Below, piece after piece: positions 48,328-56,498 of a stretch of DNA of 64,000 nucleotides; positions within the stretch are counted from its first letter, which is position 1; every line of letters starts with the position of its first letter. Location: contig OZ244852.1 in the NCBI GenBank assembly GCA_965220965.1, positions 2,016,001 through 2,080,000 on the forward strand, written 5' to 3'. A program made the position numbers and the translations under genes. The notes beneath the pieces were generated by a model. That model was given only the letters and a program-made list of their open reading frames with translations. It did not search any database and was not told the origin of the DNA. The stretch is from Candidatus Marinacidobacterium sp. GTDB lineage: Bacteria; Acidobacteriota; Vicinamibacteria; Marinacidobacterales; Marinacidobacteraceae.

Positions 48328-49416
48328 ATGGCCTCGTCGCCACCCGCCCGCCGCGCCTCTCCCGCCGACCCGAACGGGTTCGAGCGGGCGCTTGCGCGGT
48401 TCCCCCGAGCCGGGCTGACGCACCTGCCGACCCCGCTCGAGGAGATGCCGAACCTGACCGCAGAGCTCCAGGGTCCGCGCCTGCTCGTGAAGCGGGACGA
48501 TCAGACCGGGCTGGCGCTCGGCGGGAACAAGGCGCGCAAGCTGGACTTCATCCTCGCCGACGCGAAAGCCCGCGGCTGCGACAGCGTCGTCACCTGGGCG
48601 GGCCTCCAGTCGAACTGGGCGCGCATGACCGCGGCGGGCTGCCGCCGCCTGGGGATGCGGGCGGTCCTCGCGCTGAAGCGGCGGGAGGACCAGCCGGTCG
48701 CGCCCGCCGACGGCAACCTGCTGCTGGACCGGCTCCTCGGGGCCGAGATCCACGTCGTGGAACCGGACGGCGATCGCGAGGCCGAAGCGGCGCGCCTCGC
48801 CGAAGCCGAGCGCGCCGCCGGCCGCCGTCCCTACCTCATCCCGGTGGGCGGCTCGGTCGTGGGAGGGTCCATGACGGAGCCCCTCGGCGCCATCGCCTAC
48901 GCCGACGGCTTCCGCGAACTCCTGATCCAGGCCCGGGACCAGGGCGTCCAGCCGACCCACGTGGTCCACGGCTCCGGCTCGCTCGGGACCCAGGCCGGCC
49001 TGTTGGCCGGCGCGCTGGCGCTCGCCCCCGAAGTCGACATCCTCGGGATCGCCACTGGCGGCCACGAGGAGGAGGGCGCGACGGAGCTCGCCGCCATCAC
49101 CCGCCGCACGCTCGCGGCGCTCGGCCTCCCGGAAGAGATCCCGCCCGGGAGTGTCCACTACGACGAGAACTACATCGGCGGGGGTTACGGGGTGCTGAAC
49201 CCGGAAACGGCGCGCGCCGTGCTCCGTGTCGCCCGCTCCGAGGGCCTCCTGCTCGACCCGGTCTACTCGGGAAAGGCGATGGCCGGCCTGCTCGACCTCA
49301 TCCGGCGGGGCCGTTTCGCTTCCTCCGATACGGTCGTCTTCCTCCACACCGGCGGCGCCCCGGGACTGTTCCCCTACCGCGAGACGCTCGAAGCGGCGCT
49401 GTCCGCCGCCGGCTGA
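48328..49416 (+). CDS. D-cysteine desulfhydrase / L-cysteate sulfo-lyase family PLP enzyme (no signal peptide)
   Basis: HLPTPL, KRDD.TG...GGNKARKL (PLP Lys), QSNW, GS.GTQAGL, LDPVYSGKA and HTGG. ATG at 48328. Confidence 0.88.
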   Translation: MASSPPARRASPADPNGFERALARFPRAGLTHLPTPLEEMPNLTAELQGPRLLVKRDDQTGLALGGNKARKLDFILADAKARGCDSVVTWAGLQSNWARMTAAGCRRLGMRAVLALKRREDQPVAPADGNLLLDRLLGAEIHVVEPDGDREAEAARLAEAERAAGRRPYLIPVGGSVVGGSMTEPLGAIAYADGFRELLIQARDQGVQPTHVVHGSGSLGTQAGLLAGALALAPEVDILGIATGGHEEEGATELAAITRRTLAALGLPEEIPPGSVHYDENYIGGGYGVLNPETARAVLRVARSEGLLLDPVYSGKAMAGLLDLIRRGRFASSDTVVFLHTGGAPGLFPYRETLEAALSAAG

Positions 49417-49506
49417 GCCGAGGGCCGCGCCCTCCCCGGGAGGACTGGCGCCGCCCGCGAGGCCGCGGGGCCCTTACACTGGCCGATCAAGAAGGAGGCC
49501 GCCAAC

Positions 49507-50652
49507 ATGAACACCCGTCTTCCCCTGGGGGCCATAGCGGCCCTCGCGCTTCTGACCGCAGTGTCCTGCGGCGGCGCTGGCGCTGGCGCCGGCGACCTGG
49601 AGACGAGGGACCCGTCGGCGGTCTTCGGCGAGGCGCTCGGCCAGTTCGAGCGCGAGCCGCTGGCGCACCTCCCGACGCCGTTCGAGGAGCTTCCCCGGCT
49701 CGCCTCCGAGCTCGGGGGACCGCGCATCTTCGTCAAGCGGGACGACCAGACCGGGCTCGCCTTCGGGGGGAACAAGGCGCGCAAGCTGGACTTCATCCTC
49801 GCCGACGCCGTGCGGCAGGGGAGCGACACCGTGATCACCTGGGCGGGCGTGCAGTCGAACTGGGCCCGGATGACGGCCGCCGGTTCGCGGCGGCTGGGCA
49901 TGCAGCCCATCCTCGTGCTCCAGCGGGGTGAGGACCAGTCCGTTTCTCCGGCGGACGGCAACCTCCTGCTCGACCGCATCCTGGGCGCCGACGTGCGGAT
50001 CCTCGAGCCCGGCGAAGACCGGGAGGCGAGAGTCGAAGAGATCGCCGCCGCCGAGCGCGAGGCGGGGCGGAACCCGTACGTGGTCGCCGTCGGCGGCTCG
50101 CACACCGGGGGCTCGATGGACGAGCCGCTCGGCGCGGTGGCCTACGCGAACGCCTTCCGCGAACTCCACGAACAGGCGCGGCGACAGGGCGTGACGATCA
50201 CCCACGTGGTCCACGCCTCGGGTTCGGGGAGCACGCAGGCCGGCCTCGTCGTGGGGGCGAAGGCGATCGCGCCCGAGGTGCGGATCCTCGGGATCAGCAG
50301 CGGCGGGACCAAGGCACGGGGCGAGGCGAACGTGCTCGCCATCGCCCGGGAGACCGCGGGGGTGATGGGTCTGGAAGTCGGGATCGAACCGGAGGACGTG
50401 GTCGTCTTCGACGACTACGTGGGCGAGGGCTACGGCGTGCTGAACGAGGCGGTTGTCGAGGCGATCGCCCTGACGGCGCGCACCGAGGGGCTGCTGCTGG
50501 ACCCGGTCTACACCGGCAAGGCGATGGCCGGCCTGTTCGACCTCGCCCGTTCAGGGCACTTCACCGAAGGCGACGCCGTGGTCTTCCTGCACACCGGCGG
50601 AACGCCGGCGCTCTTCCCCTACCGCGAGGGAGTCCTGGAGGAGCTGCCCTAA
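49507..50652 (+). CDS. D-cysteine desulfhydrase / cysteate sulfo-lyase family PLP enzyme with lipoprotein-like signal peptide
   Basis: AAGGAGG SD; N-terminus MNTRLPLGAIAALALLTAVSC. Same catalytic motifs as the upstream copy (GGNKARKL, QSNW, DPVYTGK, HTGG). Confidence 0.88.
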   Translation: MNTRLPLGAIAALALLTAVSCGGAGAGAGDLETRDPSAVFGEALGQFEREPLAHLPTPFEELPRLASELGGPRIFVKRDDQTGLAFGGNKARKLDFILADAVRQGSDTVITWAGVQSNWARMTAAGSRRLGMQPILVLQRGEDQSVSPADGNLLLDRILGADVRILEPGEDREARVEEIAAAEREAGRNPYVVAVGGSHTGGSMDEPLGAVAYANAFRELHEQARRQGVTITHVVHASGSGSTQAGLVVGAKAIAPEVRILGISSGGTKARGEANVLAIARETAGVMGLEVGIEPEDVVVFDDYVGEGYGVLNEAVVEAIALTARTEGLLLDPVYTGKAMAGLFDLARSGHFTEGDAVVFLHTGGTPALFPYREGVLEELP

Positions 50653-50673
50653 CCTGGATTCCGGTGTCGCGGA

Positions 50674-53600
50674 TCAGGGATCCGCGGCCGGGACGACGAC
50701 CCCCCGGACTCCGGCCTCGGCGAGCGCCTGGTTGAGCGCCCCGAGGTCGGGGCCGAGGAGGTCGGCGAGGCGGGTCAGAACCGGGGCCGCCTCGGCCTCG
50801 AGGTCGGCGAGCCGCTGGAAGGAGCCGCCGGTCGGGGGGCCGTAGTTCCGCGCCACGATGCTGTAGAGGTAGGCGACCTGGTTGTCGAGCCGGGGCGGGA
50901 AGTTCACGGTGTCCTGACCGGCCTCGGTCTCGGTCTGGATCAGGGTCTCCTCGATTTCGGTGAGCCCGGCGCCCAGCGCTTCGGCCTGCGCCTCGAGGTC
51001 ATCGCTCCAGCGCTCCGCCGCGCGGGCCCGCGCCTCGACCGCCGCGATCTGGCGGCGGGCCTCGCGGAGCGCGCCGATGCGGTCGTGGATCCGCTCGAGG
51101 AGCGCCTGGACGCGCTGGCCGAGCTCGTGCTGCTGGAGGAGCTCCGCCTCGGTGACGGAAACCCGGGGGTCCGCGGTCACCGCGAACGAGGCGGTTCCGG
51201 CGGATGACGCGGGGCCATCACCCTCGCTCCAGGTGAGTTCGGCGGTCCACCGCCCGGGAGGGACGAACGCGCCTCCGGTGTAGGAAATCGACATGAACGT
51301 GTCGTCCTGGAGCTTCGGCGGCCGGAACTTCAGATCCCAGGCGAGGCGATGGAGCCCGGCCTCGGTCTCGAGGACCGCCTCCCGCACATCGTCGTCGTCC
51401 TCGTCGGGCTCGGCGCCCGGGGCGGGCTTCCTGACGTATTCCCGCACGGTGGCGCCGGCCGCGTCCCGCACCACCAGCGAGGGCGACGCGTCGTCCGCCA
51501 GGTCCTCGGGGAGGTAGTAGTGGAGCAGCGCGCCGGAGGGGCGGTTCTCGGGCGCTCCCGGCCCCCGAAATCCCCGCCCGCCGCCGGTGGCCAGCCGCAC
51601 GGCGTCCCCCGCCGGGAACAGCGCCGGAGCGTCCCACGACCGGCCGGCGAATTCCGCGGCGAGCGCGCGCACCGGGGTCAGGTCGTCGAGCACCTGGAAG
51701 GAGCGTCCCTGCGTCGCCACCAGCAACTCGTCGCCGGCGACCTGCAGGTCGGTGATGGGCGTCGCCGGGATGTCCCCGAACGGGACGAAGACGCGGCCGC
51801 CGTCGAGGCTCAGGAACAGGCCGAACTCGGTCCCCAGGTAGAAGACGCCCCCGTTCTCCGGGTCTTCGCGGATCACCCGGGTCGGATGGCCCGCCGGGAT
51901 GCCTCCGTCCGCCCCGAGCCGGACCCACCGGGCGCCGAAGTCCTCGGTCCGGAAGACGTGGGGCTCGAAGTCGTTCTCGCGGTAGCGGTGGACCGCGATC
52001 GTCGCGCCGCCTTCGACATGCGGCGAGGACTCGATCATGTTGACCGTGCCGCCGGCGGGCATCTCCGGCGGGGTCACATCGACCCAGGCCGCACCCCGGT
52101 CGCGGGAGAGATGGACGCGGCCGTCGTCGGTTCCCGCCCAGAGAACCTCGGGCAGCAGCGGCGACTCGGCCAGCGCGAAGACCGTTCCGTAGACCTCGAC
52201 CCCGGTGTGGTCGTGCTGGACCGGCCCGCCGGGCAGCGGCATCTTCTCCTCGTCCCCCACCGTCAGGTCCGGCGACACGGTCTCCCACGAGAGGCCGCCG
52301 TCCCGCGTGCGGTGGACCTGGTGGGAGGCGTGGTAGACGAGCTCGTGGTCCCACCGGGACACCAGGATGGGGGCATTCCACTGGAACCGGTAGTTCAGGT
52401 CGCGCGGCGCCACCCCGTCGGCGAGCTCGGGATAGAGGATGACGTCGCGGGCGCCGGCCTCGTCGCGGTCCTGGCGCTCGATCTGACCGATGTAGTTCCC
52501 GGCGTAGGTCAGTTCCGGCCGGCCGGGGGTGACCCCGATGTGGCCGCTCTCGCCGCCGGCCACGTCGAGCCAGTGGGCTTCTGGGGAGAGGCCGCTGTCC
52601 GTCCACGACGGAACCGAGATCGTGGAGTTGTCCTGCTGCGCGCCGTAGAGCCGCCGGGGGAAGTCGTCGTCGATGGTCAGCCGGTAGAACTCGGCGGTGG
52701 GCTGGTTGTGGATCGAGGACCAGGTCGCGCCGCCGTCGAGGGTGACGACGGCGCCGCCATCGTTGGCCTCGACCATGATCCGGGAGTCGTCGGGGTTGAT
52801 CCAGAGGTCGTGGTGGTCCCCGTGGGGCGCGCTGACGGTCTGGAACGAGAGCCCGCCGTCCACCGACTTCAGGAAGGGAGCGTTCAGGACGTAGACGGTG
52901 TCCGGGTCAGTCGGATCGGCGACGACGTGCGCGTAGTACCAGCCGCGTCCCCGAAGGCGGCGGTCGCCGTTGATCCGGGTCCAGGCGTCCCCGCCGTCGT
53001 CGCTTCGGTAGAGCCCGCCGCGGTCGCCCGCGGCGGTCACCAGCGCGTAGACGCGGGCCGGATCGGAAGCGGCGATCGAGACCCCGATGCGGCCCACCGG
53101 CGCCTCTTCGGAGGCCGCCGGAAGCCCGCCGCCGACGCGCTCCCAGGTGTCGCCTCCATCCTCGCTGCGGAACAGTCCGCTCTCCGCTCCGCCGTCGATC
53201 AGCGTCCAGGGCTTCCGCTCCGCCTCCCAGATCGCGGCGAAGAGCCGGCGGGGGTTCGACGGATCCATGGCGAGCTCCACCGCCCCGGCGAGGTCGGACA
53301 CCTGGAGGACGGCCCGCCAGGTTCGTCCGCCGTCCTCGGTCCGGTAGACCCCGCGCTCTTCCGAGCGCCCGAAGATCTGGCCAAGCACCGCGACGAAGGC
53401 GCGGTCCGGATCGTCGGAGTCCACCACGATCCGGCCGATGAGCCCGGCGCGGGGGAGGCCCGCATGCGTCCAGGACCGACCGCCGTCGGTCGATCGGTAA
53501 ACCCCGTTCCCGATGGAGATATTCCCGCGCGGACAGGCGGATCCGGTTCCGACCCAGATGACCTCGGGATCCGAGGGCGCGACCGCGACCGCCCCGATGG

Positions 53601-53952
53601 AGCCCACCGCGAAGGCGTCATCCGAGACGTTCGTCCAGGACACGCCGGCGTTCTCGGTCTTCCACACGCCGCCGCCGGTGGAGCCCATCCAGAACTCGAA
53701 GGGGCGGCTCCGCACTCCGGTGACGGTCGTCACCCGGCCGCCGCGGGCCGGGCCGACGGCCCGGAAGTCGAAGCCGGAGAGCACGGCGGCGGGAACCGGG
53801 TAGTCCTCCGGAACCTGCGCGCGCTCCACCGGCCCCTGGGCGGACGCCGACGCCGCCGACAGGATGAGCACGGCAACGGCCAACCGGCCCAGCGGGCGGC
53901 GCGGCGACCTCGCCGCGCCAGGAGAACACTCGATCATCGGGGGTCGCGCCAT
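50674..53952 (-). CDS. VPS10/BNR (Asp-box) repeat glycosyl-hydrolase-like exported protein
   Basis: GPARGGR, many S/T.DGG.SW Asp-boxes, HGDHH.LWI.P, NDGG, QDNS, RFQWNAP and a C-terminal helical bundle. Confidence 0.88.
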   Translation of the reverse strand: MARPPMIECSPGAARSPRRPLGRLAVAVLILSAASASAQGPVERAQVPEDYPVPAAVLSGFDFRAVGPARGGRVTTVTGVRSRPFEFWMGSTGGGVWKTENAGVSWTNVSDDAFAVGSIGAVAVAPSDPEVIWVGTGSACPRGNISIGNGVYRSTDGGRSWTHAGLPRAGLIGRIVVDSDDPDRAFVAVLGQIFGRSEERGVYRTEDGGRTWRAVLQVSDLAGAVELAMDPSNPRRLFAAIWEAERKPWTLIDGGAESGLFRSEDGGDTWERVGGGLPAASEEAPVGRIGVSIAASDPARVYALVTAAGDRGGLYRSDDGGDAWTRINGDRRLRGRGWYYAHVVADPTDPDTVYVLNAPFLKSVDGGLSFQTVSAPHGDHHDLWINPDDSRIMVEANDGGAVVTLDGGATWSSIHNQPTAEFYRLTIDDDFPRRLYGAQQDNSTISVPSWTDSGLSPEAHWLDVAGGESGHIGVTPGRPELTYAGNYIGQIERQDRDEAGARDVILYPELADGVAPRDLNYRFQWNAPILVSRWDHELVYHASHQVHRTRDGGLSWETVSPDLTVGDEEKMPLPGGPVQHDHTGVEVYGTVFALAESPLLPEVLWAGTDDGRVHLSRDRGAAWVDVTPPEMPAGGTVNMIESSPHVEGGATIAVHRYRENDFEPHVFRTEDFGARWVRLGADGGIPAGHPTRVIREDPENGGVFYLGTEFGLFLSLDGGRVFVPFGDIPATPITDLQVAGDELLVATQGRSFQVLDDLTPVRALAAEFAGRSWDAPALFPAGDAVRLATGGGRGFRGPGAPENRPSGALLHYYLPEDLADDASPSLVVRDAAGATVREYVRKPAPGAEPDEDDDDVREAVLETEAGLHRLAWDLKFRPPKLQDDTFMSISYTGGAFVPPGRWTAELTWSEGDGPASSAGTASFAVTADPRVSVTEAELLQQHELGQRVQALLERIHDRIGALREARRQIAAVEARARAAERWSDDLEAQAEALGAGLTEIEETLIQTETEAGQDTVNFPPRLDNQVAYLYSIVARNYGPPTGGSFQRLADLEAEAAPVLTRLADLLGPDLGALNQALAEAGVRGVVVPAADP

Positions 53953-54029
53953 GGCGCGGCGATTCTAGGACCGCAGGGACGGACGCATGCTGAGCCGCCG
54001 TCGGCGCCAGGACGGCGACGTCAGCGGAT

Positions 54030-54045
54030 ATAGCGGATACGCTAT
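54030..54045 (+). promoter_or_regulatory. Putative TA operator palindrome
   Basis: ATAGCG-GATA-CGCTAT inverted repeat 29 nt upstream of the XRE antitoxin, with an AGCGGATA direct repeat (54023-54030, 54032-54039). Confidence 0.55.
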
Positions 54046-54074
54046 GTTCGAACAACGTTGGCGCAGGTCCTCCC

Positions 54075-54340
54075 ATGACCAGACTCAAACGCCTTAAGGC
54101 GCGCTTCATGGAGGATCCCGAATTCCGGGACGAATACGCGCGCGCTGACGAGGAGTACGCGCTCGTGGAGGCGCTGGTCCGCGCCCGCGGGGCGGCGAAA
54201 CTCACGCAAGCGGAGCTCGCCCGGCGTATGGGCACGACCCGGTCGGCGAACGCCGGTCGCCGTCGTTCGCGACGCTCCGGCGCTACGCCGAGGCGACCGG
54301 CGCGCGGCTCTCCGTGAGCCTGGCGCCGGCCGACGGCTGA
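54075..54340 (+). pseudogene. Frameshifted HigA-like XRE antitoxin
   Basis: First frame gives ...LVRARGAAKLTQAELARRMGTT. The expected tail SPSFATLRRYAEATGARLSV is in another frame ending at TGA 54340. The usual ARLE.G segment is missing near 54250-54260. Confidence 0.75.
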
Positions 54341-54355
54341 CCCGCCCGACCGCGC

Positions 54356-55438
54356 TCAGGCCGGGGCCTCGTCCATCCGCTCCACCAGCATGGCATCGCC
54401 GTAGGAGTGGAACCGGTATCCGGCGCGGACGGCCTCGCGGTAGGCGGCGAGCACCGGCTCGCGTCCGGCGAGGGCGGCGACCAGCATGAGGAGCGAGCTG
54501 CGCGGGAGATGGAAGTTCGTGACGAGCGCCGAGATGACCCCGAACCGGTGGCCGGGCAGGATCCGGAGCGAGGTGGCGCGGGAGGCGGGTCCCGGTTCGA
54601 GCACGCCCGGGGTCTCGAGCGCGCGCACCGTGGTCGTTCCCACCGCGACGACCCGCCGACCCGCCTCGAGGGCGTCCCGGATGGCGCGCCGGCTGGCGTC
54701 CGACAGGTGGAACCGTTCGCTTCCGAGTTCGTGCTCGCGCGGGTCCTCGGCGCGCACCGGGGCGAACGTGCCGTAGCCGATGTGAAGCGTCAGGTCCGCC
54801 ACCTCCACCCCGCGCCGCCGCAGCGCTTCGAACACCCCGTCGTCGAAGTGGAGGCCGGCGGTGGGCGCGGCGGCGGACCCTGAAGCCGCCGCGTAGACGG
54901 TCTGGTAGCGCTCCCGGTCCGCGGCCTCGAACCGCGCGGCGTCCGGGCCCTGGCGGCGGATGTAGGGAGGCAGCGGCGTGCTTCCCGCCCGTTCGGCGAG
55001 TTCGATGGGGGTCACGGTCCGGTCGAGGATCCGGATGCGGCGCCGACCTCCGCCGAGGGGTTCCCCGGCCTCGAGCCCGATTCCGCCCGCTTCGAGCCGC
55101 GTCCCGGGGCGCAGCGCGGGCCGGGTGAGCGCTTCGAAGGACGACGGGGCTTCGGGGGCCGGAGCGTCGCCCACCAAAGGACCACCGGGAAGCACCAGGA
55201 TCTCGACCCGCCCTCCGCTGGGGACCCGCTTCGCCTCCACCCGCGCCGGGACGACCCGCGTGGTGTTCCGGACGAGCAGGTCGCCGGCGGCAAGAAGCGA
55301 CGGGAGATCGGAGAAACGGTGGTGGCCGCGCGAACCGTCCGGACGCAGGTGAAGCAGCCGCGACGCGCTGCGGACCGCGGCCGGGTGCTGGGCCACCCGG
55401 TCGGGGGGCAGCTCGAAGTCGAAATCCGAGGTCCGCAT
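54356..55438 (-). CDS. queA: S-adenosylmethionine:tRNA ribosyltransferase-isomerase
   Basis: DFDFELP, PLPPYI, YQTVYA, AAPTAGLHF, VGTTTVRALE, TNFHLP.SSL and SYGDAM. Confidence 0.96.
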   Translation of the reverse strand: MRTSDFDFELPPDRVAQHPAAVRSASRLLHLRPDGSRGHHRFSDLPSLLAAGDLLVRNTTRVVPARVEAKRVPSGGRVEILVLPGGPLVGDAPAPEAPSSFEALTRPALRPGTRLEAGGIGLEAGEPLGGGRRRIRILDRTVTPIELAERAGSTPLPPYIRRQGPDAARFEAADRERYQTVYAAASGSAAAPTAGLHFDDGVFEALRRRGVEVADLTLHIGYGTFAPVRAEDPREHELGSERFHLSDASRRAIRDALEAGRRVVAVGTTTVRALETPGVLEPGPASRATSLRILPGHRFGVISALVTNFHLPRSSLLMLVAALAGREPVLAAYREAVRAGYRFHSYGDAMLVERMDEAPA

Positions 55439-55457
55439 GAACGCGGATGGGCCCGGC

Positions 55458-56498
55458 TCAGAGGTCGCCGGAGTCTCCCGGCGCCGGGAAGAGCGTCCCC
55501 GCCGGAAGCGCCGCTTCGCGGCCGAGGTGGCGGGCGCCCCGAGTCGTGATCATGCGGCCGCGCGCCGTCCGGCGCAGGAAGCCCCGGAAGATCATGAACG
55601 GCTCGTGGACTTCCTCGAGGGTGCGGTTGTCCATGCCCACGGTGGCGGCCAGGTTCGCGAGCCCCACCGGGCCGCCCGCGAAGTTGTCGAGCACGCTCTC
55701 GAGGATCTTCCGGTCGAAGCGGTCGAGCCCCTCCTCGTCCACCTGCGCCACATCGAGCAGCGCGAGCGCCGCGTTCCGGTCGACGGTTCCGGAGCCCTTC
55801 ACCTGGGCCCAGTCGCGCACCCGCCGAAGCAGGTTGTTCGCCACCCTCGGCGTGCCCCGCGAGCGGCTCGCGATCTCGACCGCCGCCTCGGAGGAGAGCG
55901 GCGCGCCGAGCACTCCCGCGGCCCGCTCGAGCACCCGCTGGATGTCGCCGGCGGCGTAGAACTCGAGCTGGTGGACCAGCGGGAAGCGGTCGCGGAGCGG
56001 TCCGGTGAGCAGGTCGGCGCGGGTCGTGGCGCCGATGAGGGTGAACGGCGGCAGGTCGATCCGGAGGGTGTGCGCCCCGAGCTTCTCCCCCACCATGATG
56101 TTCACGTAGCGGTCCTCCATCGCGGGGTAGAGGACCTCGGCCACCGCCGGTCCGAGCCGGTGGATCTCGTCCACGAAGAGCACGTCGCGCGGACCCAGCG
56201 CATTCAGCAGGGCCACCATGTCCCCGGTCCGGGGAATCAGCGGCCCGGCCGAGATGTGCATCGTGACCCCGAGCTCGTTCGCCAGCACGGCGGCGAGCGA
56301 GGTCTTGCCGAGGCCCGGCGGCCCGTGGAGGAGGACGTGGTCCATCGCATCGCCGCGGGCGGAGGCCGCGCGGACGCTGATCTCCAACTGGTCCACGACG
56401 GCGCGCTGGCCGATGTAGTCGGAGAAATCCCGGGGACGCAGCGTCCGGTGGAACTCCTCGTGGTCCCGGCCGCCGCCGTCAGCCAGTCCCGGGGGCAT
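55458..56498 (-). CDS. ruvB: Holliday junction branch migration helicase RuvB
   Basis: LRP..F.DYIGQ, GPPGLGKT, FVDEIHRL, LYPAMED, GATTR, RDRF, RGTPR and R..RGR. ATG 56498 overlaps the upstream stop (TGATG). Confidence 0.95.
   Translation of the reverse strand: MPPGLADGGGRDHEEFHRTLRPRDFSDYIGQRAVVDQLEISVRAASARGDAMDHVLLHGPPGLGKTSLAAVLANELGVTMHISAGPLIPRTGDMVALLNALGPRDVLFVDEIHRLGPAVAEVLYPAMEDRYVNIMVGEKLGAHTLRIDLPPFTLIGATTRADLLTGPLRDRFPLVHQLEFYAAGDIQRVLERAAGVLGAPLSSEAAVEIASRSRGTPRVANNLLRRVRDWAQVKGSGTVDRNAALALLDVAQVDEEGLDRFDRKILESVLDNFAGGPVGLANLAATVGMDNRTLEEVHEPFMIFRGFLRRTARGRMITTRGARHLGREAALPAGTLFPAPGDSGDL

Noticed and set aside
48328-50652. ACC deaminase (acdS) call
   Set aside because: The diagnostic DPVYEGK Glu and downstream Leu are absent; both copies have DPVY(S/T)GK and HTGG.
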